A stretch of 64,000 nucleotides of DNA, taken from contig NC_087250.1 of the NCBI RefSeq assembly GCF_037042905.1, positions 4,218,001 to 4,282,000 of the forward strand, given 5' to 3'. Of this stretch, positions 1 to 11,204 are shown piece by piece. The notes beneath the pieces were generated by a model. It made no database searches, was not told the DNA's origin, and saw nothing but the letters and a program-made list of their open reading frames with translations. The stretch is from Lytechinus pictus. Lineage: Eukaryota. A program made the translations under genes and the position numbers. Position 1 is the first letter of the stretch. Every line of letters begins with the position of its first letter.

Positions 1-24
1 AATGACAAAGGATGCATTAAAGTC

Positions 25-380
25 GTAATTGCCAATTCATCCACTCACCACATAGTCTACCTTCATTTAGTCTAATGCCATTCCGTACATCTACATTTCG
101 TCTAACAACCATTTGGTCCAATAATCATTTGGTCCAATCATCACTTCTTCTAATCACCAGTTCGTCTAGTACCATTTCGTCTAATAACCAGTTGGTCTAA
201 TACCCATTTTCTTTACATTCATTTTGCACAAACAACACTTAAGTTTAATTAGACCAAATGGTATATGGACTAAATGGCTATTGGACCAACTGGTTATTAG
301 ACAGAATGGAATTAGACCATGTGGTGAGTGGACGAACTGATGGTAGACCAAATGATAGTAGACGAGGTGGCAATTGACTT
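25..380. mobile_element. Inverted-repeat MITE-like element with internal (tggtcca/tagacca) repeats
   Basis: aattgccaattcatccactcaccacatagtcta near 27-59 is mirrored by tagaccatgtggtgagtggacgaact...ggcaatt at 315-375. Confidence 0.6.
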
Positions 381-514
381 TAGACGAATTGGAAATAAAT
401 CGATGTTTATAAGCCATAATACTACAGTCGCACCAACGATACCGACCTCAGAACGACCGATCAAATGCCATTCAAAATAATGTATTAGTTCTGATCAGTC
501 TGGAGTCGGTTCAG

Positions 515-670
515 GGGACCGTTTCATAAAGAGTTACAACTGTTGCAAATTTGCCATTATGGCAACTACCATGGTAACCTCCATTCTGATTGGCTGCTGA
601 GGCTTGTTACCATGGTAGTTGCCATTATGGCAGAGTTACAACAGTTGTAAGTCCTTTATGAAACGGGCCC
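515..670. mobile_element. PIF/Harbinger-like MITE
   Basis: Near-palindromic, TIR GGG(A/C)CCGTTTCATAAAG, 3-bp TSD CAG on both sides. Sits inside an older inverted-repeat element (about 423-688). Confidence 0.85.
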
Positions 671-810
671 CAGATGCTGTGACTGGAGCATGGACGTTGG
701 CCAGAGCTCCGTTACTCGAAACTTATTTCTCCGGTAGTTTGCCATCAATGGTGAGAGCGATGGCAACAGAGCTCAGCGGTGCTCAGCGTCCACTAAGCAC
801 CAAGTTTTTG

Positions 811-932
811 TCATAATAACAACGGGACTACATTCATGTTAACGGTGAGCTGATATGGAACGTGGTCCAGGAATTCCCATAAAGGTATCAACTGTAAGGA
901 TGTCCCGTTAATGCACTGTACATCTTCGTCAT
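811..932 (-). CDS. Probable NLR terminal exon (DEDVQCINGTSLQLIPLWEFLDHVPYQLTVNMNVVPLLL*)
   Basis: tgactgtag| acceptor. A 40-codon phase-1 open frame runs to TGA and is compatible with the donor at 1176. Confidence 0.6.
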
Positions 933-3900
933 CTACAGTCATGTTTGAATGTTTCCTCGTGTTAACTTATACAAATGCCAACGTCACTAATGAAACTAAA
1001 TAAAACACATAAATCCTTTAGAATTGTCATCTCTAACAATAAGAGTTAAGAAGTGATTCGTCAATGATGACATTTTCTAATGAAAGATCTAGGAAAATAT
1101 TATCGCACATTAGAAAATAATGCACCAAGGTTAGAAAAACTGTCCTCTGAAAATCAATATTATACTTACAGCTCACTTCCACTTCGTCCCTTTGATCCCG
1201 TTTCCGACCGCAGCATCTGATAAAGCTTCTCAAAGTTTCCGAAGCATGACAGTTGAAGGATCTTCAGAGATGCTGACTTCTTGGTGGCCTTGACGAAACT
1301 TTGGATGGTAGCGTCTGAGACTTCCCCACATGTTTCCTCGACTTCTTCAGCATAGTGACGGAGTTGGTCACCCGAGGGTCCTGCCTTGATGTGGGACACC
1401 TTCGGCAACGTCTGAAGAACCATGGTCAGGATTTGGATCAGTGTCTCGGAGCTGAAGAAGTTGCTTAGCTGGAGATGCTCTAAATTGGTTAGGTTGCCCA
1501 GGACATTGTCAAGACCTTTGAGGCTGTTCCGGTGGCTGTCCACATTCCCTGGGTCGTGGTACATGATACACGAAAGACTCAGTACTTTCAGATTGGGATA
1601 GTTCCGGCACCATGCTGGTAGGTTTATGTACTTTGGATCAACATCCGTGCCCGTGAGCTCTTCCAGGGTCTCGGAAGAATGGAGATTAGAGATAAAATCG
1701 CTCGTAGAGAAGATTGAGTTCACCCTCAGACGCCGGAGGGTAGGTATAACGACGTCATCGGATAGTCTTCGTAAGGCTTCTCTTGAGGGACTGAATGTGT
1801 GTGGCATGTCAAAGATCATTTCTGGCACGGATGAGAAGTAACCATTCTGTAAACAAGCCGTAGCATAGTCCATATCAATTCGAGATGCAATGCAGAACTG
1901 GACTTTCTCTATATGAACTGGTTCCTCAGCTTCCCTAACAGAATTCAGGATGAAGTACCTGAAAGCGACATCTATCAAGAATCTCTTTGTGAACGCTGTA
2001 ATTTGAAGGGACCTTAGGTTAATTTGAAGTTCGCGGTTCAAGGCATCATTTCTGTGACACTCAAAGTTACATTTCAATACAAGCTCTTGAGCCGCCAACG
2101 TTGAACCAGGGTCCTTCCAGGCTAAATCACCAAGAACTCTCAGAATTCTCTTAGCGACATCAGGACTTTCACCGGAAGCAAATGTTAATATAAATCTCAG
2201 AGACTCACAGTCTGCAATAGTTCCAATGGAAGATAAGATATCTTCAAATATCTGTGGGTCAGTCCGGTGAAGCCTTGCCAGACCGATTGCTGCGCATTTC
2301 TCGTGCACTAGTGGGTGACAGAAAGACCACTCCCTGTCCTCTTTGCTTGAAACTGAATCATCGGCGGTGGAAAGGGTACATCTGATCAAACCTACTCTCT
2401 CAGCGAGTTCTGCACACTCTCGTTCACTGTCTGCCAGGTCCTTTGTCTTGAATGTTAGATGGCCGTTTGGTTTCAAGACGCTCTCCAGTGCTACACGACT
2501 GAGCCCTGACATTACATTTCTAACTGCCTCAACCACATTCGCTACATCTTCATGACCAATGAAGCAGAGAACTAGCGAAGAAGTAATGATATCTGAGGGC
2601 GTGTTGATGTCATGAAGCTGAGCATGATTCTCCCATAACTTGCAAATAGTTACAAGAAACATTGGTCGCGAGCAGAATGACAACAATACATCATCGCTGC
2701 CTACGTGTTGAAGAAGCTCAATGCCCCTTGCTTCATCAGATTCGAAAAACGAACGGATGAATTCGCTTTGGAGGTCAAAACTGAGACCTTGCATCTCAAC
2801 TGAGAGTACCTTACGTGTGGAGTCCTCACTTTCTGGTAGACACGCCCTACTTGAAACAATCACCTGGCACTGTACTATGTCTCGAAACTTCTGTACTGCC
2901 CGAAGGTCACCTTGTGAGCGGGAGACATCAAACCCATCTATCAGGAGAACGGAGTTCTTTGGGTGCATTCTAAGGTAACCATCAACCATTCTGGTCGTTG
3001 TTGAAGCGTCCGTAAACAGGAGGTGCTTGACCACTGCTTCTCCGATGCTACGACATCGTCGCAACTCCCCAAGGGTGAAGAAGAGAACTAACGGAACTTT
3101 GGAAAGAGGTGATTGCTCGTTGCCTTCCGCCCAGTCTAGAGCCAGCCTCTTCAGAAGACCCGTTTTACCACAACCCGCGTCCCCGTGTAGAAGGATAAAT
3201 GGCGGTTGTTGCTTGCCCCTCTGGTGAGCACTTAGGACGTCGTGCCTACTCTTAAAGGTTTCCTTCTGCCCACGTTCATTCTGATACACCGCTGGGATCT
3301 CCAAGTAATGCTGGCTCTTTATTGCATCAAAGTCATCGCTGACATACCTCTCCTTTAAGGCGTCTTGCCATCTTGCTACGCTATCTTCAAGGGATTGAAT
3401 CCTGCTCAGAAGTTTATCTGCAAGGAATGAACAAAATTGAAATATTATACTTGTCTGCCTATTCAGTTTTTATAACAGTTAATGCTATTTTTTTCAATTT
3501 CAAATGTTTAGATTATGTGGGTATTCTAAGAAGTATCACCCTAAACAAGGGAAAATGGGAAGAGGCCTAACAATACCTACCAATGACATTGATGACTACA
3601 TGAGTATTACTCTTCAACATTGCCATTTACCAAGAGAAATTTCAACCCCGATTTAGAGAAAACACAGCACAACTAATGCAGATTATGCTGCTTCAATTTT
3701 CAAATTTAAGGCAGGTTGTGGAAATTACTGCGAGGATTTTCCCCTTTCAGTTGCGCTATGAATACCAAGATATCCGATTTATCTAAGGGTTGAATACTGG
3801 GCCGTAATAGAGAACTATATAGGTGCAGAGTGTTCAAATATGCGGGACTGATAAATCGGGTAAATGCCACAAGTAAATGCTGTCTAGAATCCTTTGAAGA

Positions 3901-6900
3901 ATTTCGTATTCGCAAATTGCCACCGGCACTACAAAATGAATGATATTCCAGTTTGATAACGAACTACGGTGAGGATGTTTCACTTTTTTATATACATGTA
4001 AATCAATAAAAATATCTGTGGTGAAAAATATGATTCCCGCCCCACCCATCCACCACCACCCATACCTGTGAAGAAGGTTACAGATATGCTGATTTAAAAG
4101 ATGGATGACAGAATAGTGAATTTCCAATTATTGGGCCTCTGAGATATAAATCATGGGTTTGAAACTCGTATTCCCTTTGTGAACGTACTATTGGTAATGG
4201 CTGCATAAAGATCATCTCGACCCAGATCAGAGGAAACAGCAGCAAGTATCCGTCTTCCCTGAGGTGCGTTGCCAGAGCGTTTCTTCCAAAGCTTAAGAAC
4301 CGAAAATGCACATTGCGCCACGCCCTCTCCGTTCGCCTTTGACACATTCTTAATGTCGTTTTGGTTTAGGCCCAGCCGTTTGCCTATGATGAAAAACACG
4401 AAACATTTAGTGTTGTTAACAAGCTGATTTTTTTTTAATTCAAGCAAAACACATCTTAAAAGTGTGCGGTAAACGGTATGCGTGATGAGACATAATGGTT
4501 ACAATTGATATAATCTGATACGGCATGTCAACTAAATTTGAACTGATATCTGTAGAGAATACAGCATTATGTACTATGAACTTCATGAATCATAATGTGG
4601 TATTTTGACCAAACCTCTCGTCAAGAGAAAAAACATCTTCAGAATAATCGAACCATCAACTTTAGGCTTGCACAATCTATACGAAGTGATATTGAAATCA
4701 CTGAAGATTTTGCGCTGGGGCTAATCAAATTGTTTCAATGGTTGTCCTACCACTAACCTAATGTGTGCCATTCCGATGTAGACCTGATCTCTGTGGATAT
4801 TATACGGAGTTCTTCCAATGATAACTCCATCTTGGTCTTTGAGACAGTAGACTTTGGTGTTGATTTTCTCAAGGATTTGGGAGGTCCAGTACTTTTCGAG
4901 ACATCCGGTTTTGAACTACGCTTATGATCGGTAGGAGCTGGTTTTTGCGTATTTTCAGATCTGTCTGGTATACTGGTGACGCGACCAAGCGGATGAACTC
5001 TTTGAGTTTCTATAGGATCATTTTGTATGGTGATAGTTCCATCGACTGATTTCAAGACGGCAACTGCTACAGTTTCGCCTGGGTCAACTGGATCTAAACG
5101 GCTTGTGACCGTCCCCGGGTAGGGTTCTAACTGACTAGAACTTGGATCAAGATCTACTGAACCAGTGTCATCGTCGCTTTTGGATTCATAAACTCCTGCT
5201 TTATCAGACACCGTTGGGTGGTTAACAGAATCATCTTTAGCAGAAGGCGCCGATGAGGATGGAGCGGTACATTCATGTGGATCGGTTGTGATAATAGGAA
5301 CGGTGATGGACTTTGGTTTGGGTGACTGAGATCGCTGTTCGTTGTCGCTGAGGACTTCAATGGGGACGTGTATGACATTGTGTCTCTGCCACCTTGTTTC
5401 GTTGTCCTCATCCGATTCGTCCTCGAGACTTCATGGGAAAGACAAGAATAATTAATACTGAGATAAGTTGCGGGACTGATTAGAAGGGAAACACGAAGTA
5501 GGAAGGTAGGAGAGGAAGATGATTATGCTGATGATCATGAAGAAGAACGAGGAAAGGAAAACAAATGTAGATGATAAAGGTGAATAAGAAGAAAGAGGTG
5601 CACAAGAGAGAGAAAAAAAAGAAAACGATGATGATGAAGAAATAGAAAGAAAATGAAAAAAAAATAGGAGAAGAAGACGAAACAAAGAAGCAGAACAGGA
5701 TGATGAATAGCAGAGAGAAACGACAGGCAAGGACACGAAATGCAACCAAAAAGAACGTAAAGGGGAAAAAGAAAAGGAAGATGACGGAAAAGATGGTGGT
5801 AAGACAACATACATTAATCAAAAGGAAACGGAAGGAACGCATACAAAAGGAGGATTAGAAGAGAAATAAAAAGAAATACATTAAGGAAATACGAGATAGA
5901 AAAGGACAAGAAGATGTTGATAAATAATAGTTGAAGGCGAGTTGAAGGCAAGTAAAAGGGAAGGAGGGCAATGTGATTATTCTTGAACAGAGTTTAATAT
6001 TCTATAGGAATAATGCAATGACATTGTGAGCAAATAGTTAAAAGTATTGCTTCGAGTACATGTTCCTCCTCTTGATTTTCTAAATTCATCTTTTGACTAA
6101 TACTATGCATACGCTATCATTTTTTTTTGTTCTCTCATGATATACTTCGATCACCTTTGTATTAATCATCTGATCCAACTACTGCGTGAGAAATTGTTAC
6201 TTAAGCACTTAAATAAATATTTCGAAAACAACTGAACTGAAAGAGAAAAAAGAAGAAGAAAAGATAGAAAATAGAAGAAGTAGAAGATCGGATTATTAGA
6301 AAGAATACTGAATGAATTGGAAAATATGATCTTCAACATACCTGTCGCTTAAAGACTCAAATGTTTCCACTCCTGACTCGGTTTTATCGTAACTTCGCTC
6401 TGTAGTCATCGTTGTTCTTTTGTCATCGTCATTAATGATGTAAGGTATGTTTGGTGTGGACTCGGTTCCTTGTCTTCTATTCCTAGCTGCCCTGGATTCT
6501 GCTTCGAGTATATACGTTCTTCCTGCAATGATATGCAATGCAGTAGATTACTTTACGATTTCAAGTGCAGTGTTGATATTTTGGTGTTGGTGTTAGTTCT
6601 ATTTTTAAACATGGGTATAACATTAAATATAAAATCAAGATGGTCCTGAAATGTCACTAACGAGGTGTTGAGCTGTCAGTATTGTGATCCAGATCAATTG
6701 TGTAAACTCAAATTGGGTTTGGAGCTGGGAAACGCAATCCAAATTGGTTTTCTGACACCAACAGCAATACCAATACCGACCTTGAAATCACACAATGTTG
6801 GTTCTGGTTTATTGGTACGTTCCATTTTGGTGTTTGGTGCTGATGTCTACTTTTTACATGAGTATAAAATTAAATATAAAAAGAAGATGGTCCTAAAATG

Positions 6901-9900
6901 TCACTCATTAGGTGTTGAGCTGCCAATTGAAGCTGGGAACCGCAATCCAAATTGGTCTTCCAACACCAACATCGAACTTGAAATCACGCAATGTTTGTAC
7001 TGGTTTTTTGGTACTCGACACAACACCTGGCAGGACTTAATACTTACACATAGATAGGGTATACTTTCGGCCGTAGAAGGGATGCAAGGGACATATTGAA
7101 CCAGTGGTCAACTACTCTTGATCGAGTAACTAATTATGAGGGGATAATATCATCACTGTGTTTTACCATTATTCTTTACTTCAAATGCGTTCTTGTCATT
7201 AGACTCTAGTTTTTATTAATTTTTTTTAATTTGTCGGTAGGATTGTCGGATTTCAAGCTAAATGCTAAAACAGAGGAACTGTTAGTAATCTAATGAAGAT
7301 TGTAAATAAGTTGGCAATCCTCGTGCAGTTCTCCTCGATCATTTGTATATGTTATTTGAGGTATTTGTTTAAAACGACACTAAACCACCAAAATACTAAA
7401 AGTTTATGGTAGCTGTCACTGCAAACAAAACAGGTGATAATCTAACATCAGAAAGACATCTATCACAGCAACATTAGCGAAGTGTTGGAACAACGCGAAT
7501 TTGGTTTCGAGCCAACACAAGGCAGGTATTCTAAACAACTGTCTGTGTTAAAAACAACTTTGGTTTGACGCTGAACTGGTGCCCGTTTCATAAAACTTGT
7601 TCTATTAACAAATATGCAATAACAGTTAAAGGCCGCTGATATCTTTCAATCTGATTCAATCTGGTACTTTTGCAGTTTAAAGTCCAGATTAATAAAGACT
7701 TGCTATAGGTAATGCCCAATATCTATAACAAGCTTACTATCAGCCAATCAAAACAATCTATTTGAGTAGCTTCAAGCTGTTTATGAAACATTCCCGCTGG
7801 TGTTAGTCTGCAGACACAGATTCTTGGTTTTCGCAATTCGCATAATGCATCATGCAGAGTGTGACGTGTTGAGACTAGATTCACTGCATACTGTGGCTGG
7901 CTCTTATTTGACACAAACATAGGCCCGTATTCTGAAGTCAGGTTTGACTTAAACTCAGGTTTAAAGTTGTGGTTTAAGTATGGGAAGCCAAAAGTATCAA
8001 TTTTTTTCATGAATTTGTATGCTTCTTATGTTTACTGTGCTCTTTCCTGATTCATCGATGGTGAAGACAATCATCTATTTATACTTCCCCGGATCCTTCC
8101 TAGACAATTATGAATGATTTCAGAGCCAAATGAGCTGAAAGATGATTTCTCTATCGTTAGTGATTTATGTAACAGTTGGCTATCCATACTTAAACCACAA
8201 ATTTAAACCTGAGTTTGAGTTAAACCTGACTCCAGAATACGGGCCATAGATATCTGCGTCTAGTCTTCATTCTAGACATGGTATAGTTGTCAAATTTGAG
8301 TCTGTGCCTGCAGACTACCCTGGTGTTCGTGCAGGGCTATACTTACGTTTGATTTTATTGTAAAGATCTTCACGCCCAACTGTTGACAGCGCTAAGGCTA
8401 GGTGAGATCTTGGATTGATCACCTCAGAACAGTTGTTTTTCCATAGCAACAGAACTTCCATGGCACAAAGAGGTACGTTTCCAAGGTAACGCTCCTTGAA
8501 TGCGGCAAGTCTACTGCTGGATATTCCAAGATGGCTACCAAGACGCATCCAGTCCGAATCCCGTAGCTCCTCGACAAGCTCCTTGATCTCCAGATCTGTG
8601 ACCTCTGACCTTTCGAGTCGAGTTGAAATCGGTACAAATGAAGAGTCCCTTACTGCATAAAAGTGAAAAAGAGACACTATAGTGAGTAAGATACTGTGCA
8701 CACGGTACCCTGCGGGTGTGACTTTCGTAAAGGTTTTTGTGAGTTACGATCGATTTTACTGGTGGTTTATGGTGTACACACCAAATGTGCCGATTTAACG
8801 CGTTAGAAAAGATCACCAGTCATTCCTAACGCACAAAGGACTTTCTGAAGCACCAACAGGGTATATAATAATGTCCCCTATATAGATAGGGGACATGGCA
8901 CGGGGGGGGGGGGGGCAGTCAAAATATTGCAGTACACACGCGTGACCAAAATACGCGTTTAAATGGGTGTTTTTTCAGTTTTGGACGCGGGCCGCGCGTG
9001 CACTCGTTAAGGGTATCAAAAACACCGATAAAAAGGTGGTTTTGAAAGACTGGTTAATGGTCAATCGCGAGGTCCAACTTAATTATGGTATTTTTTTTTC
9101 CAATGCTTTTTTTAGACTAGCCAAATGTGTTTAGGGTATGTTTTGCCCCCAAAACTTTTCCCCGGGGTCATATTTTTGTTACAACTTGTTTAGGGGCCAA
9201 AATGTGTAAATAAAGCCCGCGAATTTTATTGAATTATGTTAGAATCTATTTTTAGATCTTGAGTACTGTCGACTGGCATTAATATCTAACTGTAACACTG
9301 ATCAATAGTGCTATGCAATAAGAGCCTATGTATGCAGAGTAATTGTCACAGTCACACCAACAAAGCCAAAAAGCCATTTCAAATCGATAAAATGCCCTTT
9401 TCAATAACGTTGGTCGGTTTGAAGTCGGTATCGTTGTAACTGCGACACAGACAGGATGAACGTAAAAAAACAAACAAAAAAATACCTCCATAATAACTTT
9501 CCCTCCTTTCCATTGAGTGATATCCCATTGATGTAATATTATCTTCTTCATGGGTTGCGAAAGAAGTCTCTCTGCGAACTAAATGTGCTGCGTGTGGGCG
9601 GTAATTTCCGGTCATCCTCGACCTCACATCCGGTACAGCTGAGGCGAGTGGATGGAACCGGGTCTCGTGCCAGGACTGGGGCAGCGGCCGACTTTCCATC
9701 TCGTCATCTCTCAATTGGGAACTAAGGTAATCCTGACTGGATCGCCTTCTGTATTGTATCGGTTGGCTCGGTTGTTCGGTATATTGGCTATGATGGGCCA
9801 TTTGGTGGCTGTGGTGGGCGATGTGCTGTGAGACATTCTTCGGTTTCCGGGTGAACCGGCGTTGTTTTCCCGGTGATGTGGCAGGTTGAACCGGTTCATC

Positions 9901-9951
9901 TCCGAACTGGTACCGGCGAGATTTATACCGCTTTGAGTGACTTTGTCCCAT
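811..9951 (-). CDS. NLR-family immune receptor (death domain x2 - NACHT - LRR), multi-exon, about 1,393 aa
   Basis: Coding exons 9951-9486, 8652-8347, 6522-6342, 5428-4758, 4383-4189, 3417-1177 and 932-811 are bounded by GT/AG and join in phase (1,1,2,1,1,1), totalling 4182 nt. NACHT motifs: Walker A GDAGCGKT, Walker B LLIDGFDV, sensor-1 SSR, CSRPMFL, FCHPLVHE. LxxLxL repeats follow. Two W..LG..LG...LLLW...GR.DL death-fold segments are present. Confidence 0.88.
1177..3417 (-). CDS. NLR exon 6, NACHT + winged helix + LRR-like region
   Basis: Extends the 712-aa track ORF upstream in frame to the acceptor ttccttgcag| at 3418. NACHT motifs as above. The 3' end is either the a|gtgagc donor (1176) or read-through to TAA at 1166. 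Confidence 0.93.
4189..4383 (-). CDS. NLR exon 5, remainder of death domain 2
   Basis: ttttcatcatag| acceptor. Encodes KRLGLNQNDI...AFSVLKLWK...LGRDDL. The donor a|gtacgt was chosen because it gives the required phase 1 and is less certain. Confidence 0.8.
4758..5428 (-). CDS. NLR exon 4, S/D/P/T-rich linker plus first helices of death domain 2
   Basis: Frame is open from the acceptor cttgtctttcccatgaag| (5429) through the track ORF 4753..5211 to the TAG|gttagt donor. Ends LSLEELRIISTEIRSTSEWHTLG. Confidence 0.85.
5465..5965. repeat. Purine-rich (GAA/GA) low-complexity intron tract
   Basis: Almost only A/G on the plus strand. Source of spurious F/S/L-rich ORFs. Confidence 0.85.
6342..6522 (-). 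CDS. NLR exon 3, polar linker
   Basis: cattgcag| acceptor, CAG|gtatgt donor, open frame, phase 1-2. The phase-2 end matches the next exon. Confidence 0.78.
6565..7030. repeat. Degenerate element with two ~250-bp internal units (ggtgttgg / caacacc)
   Basis: attaaatataaaa..aagatggtcct.aaatgtcact and gcaatccaaattggt...cttgaaatcac each occur twice. Confidence 0.55.
7804..8317. mobile_element. Non-autonomous DNA transposon with TAGTCT termini and 9-bp TSD (AcademH- or MULE-like)
   Basis: TIR tagtctgcagacacaga / tctgtgcctgcagacta. Flanks cgctggtgt / ccctggtgt. Confidence 0.75.
7922..8245. mobile_element. Harbinger-like MITE nested in the 7804-8317 element
   Basis: About 60-bp TIR ggcccgtattctgaagtcaggttt..., 3-bp TSD ATA. 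Confidence 0.85.
8347..8652 (-). CDS. NLR exon 2, death domain 1
   Basis: ttatgcag| acceptor, |gtaagt donor, 306 nt, phase 1-1. Encodes DWMRLGSHLGIS...MEVLLLWK...LALALSTVGREDL. Confidence 0.88.
9486..9951 (-). CDS. NLR coding exon 1 (MGQSHSK..., disordered H/Q/R/S-rich N-terminus)
   Basis: ATG in strong context (gtcaagATGG) with in-frame TAG and TGA just upstream. Acceptor (ttg)n-tag at 9997-9998, so a non-coding exon lies further 5'. Donor GAG|GTATTT is phase 1. Confidence 0.75.
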
Positions 9952-11204
9952 CTTGACTTTTAACTTTCTTTGTTCTGTGTCTCAAGCTTGCTATTCCTAC
10001 AACAACAACAACAACAAAAACGGGAAATTGTTATTATGTATTTCTTTTAAAGGGGTTCGGTAACCTTATGAAAACATAATATACATGACAAGAGATGCCG
10101 AATAGATTTTATTTTGCAAGCTCCATGGAGATTCCTTTTCAGGCAAAAAGAAAGAGAAAATGAGGCCTCATGGCGATTACAAATTATAAGAGGAACATTC
10201 CGGTGGCGATAACAGCTTGCAATATAAGTTCAGTAGACCTACTTCATATTTCGGTTATGTGTATTCAATTTCAAAATGGCAAAAATGAAAATACACTTAT
10301 TTCTTACATTCACTACATTAAATCTGTTAAAGTTGTACCATTTCATAAAAATGCTTTATATTGGGACACATTTTTCTTAAGGAAAATCACATCATGGTGG
10401 CATTATAATGTTGGTAATGCTAAGGAGCTTACATTAATTAGGCTTGGTGAATACGGGGTGAAAATCATAACAGCAGAAGTGTGCAAAACTACTAATCAAT
10501 CCAGTGTTATTATATCACTATCTGAATACATAGGCCCACTTTTAAGATAACATGCTAAGTCACTACTAAATACATGTACATTCATACCGAAATAAATTTG
10601 TTACCAAGTAGCAAACAAGTGCTTTTCCTTTCAGAGACATGTTTTGTTTATCTTCAGAAACTAAATTATATGTATGCTTATTTATTGTTCGTACTATCCA
10701 AAAAACGGTGTGTTTTAAGACTAGCTAGTTATAACACGCAATCAATGAGAGACCCACAGTGCGTTCTTCAGTTTGCCTACCACACCCTTTAAACATGTTT
10801 AAAGCTATTCATGGAGTGGCCGACTCGAAAATAATGAATAAAAAATATCTGGTTATTCAACCTTGTATTATACAAGCACTGGTAAGGTAATATTAAATTC
10901 TAAACAAAATGCTGAAACTGCACAGCAACGAACTATGTCTAATACTTGTCTGATAGCACAAGCATAGAGCCATTAGCTCCATGGCACAAGTTAACGGACT
11001 GCATGTTAAACCAGAGTGTGTGGAAATTCCATTTTGTTTAACTTCGTATTTGCACTGCGTGTCAAAAGATCCTGTTCCAATAGATCTTACATCAGCTTTT
11101 TGGGCAACAATGTATCACATGAAAATCTATAACTCGTGTTTCAGGAGGGTGTAGGCTGCAGCTTTATAATATTTGTCGTCACGCCTGCAACGAAAGATAG
11201 CAAG

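Noticed and set aside
1166..3304. Prokaryotic NACHT/STAND anti-phage system
   Set aside because: Spliceosomal introns with consistent phases, death domains and metazoan-type repeats show that this is an animal NLR.
5452..5842. Hydrophobic F/S/L-rich ORFs resembling membrane proteins
   Set aside because: They are translations of a polypurine low-complexity intron tract, open in all three frames.
4758..6522. RHIM/amyloid or TRAF6-binding motifs in the NLR linker
   Set aside because: No (I/V)Q(I/L/V)G core and no convincing PxExx(acidic/aromatic) match by eye.
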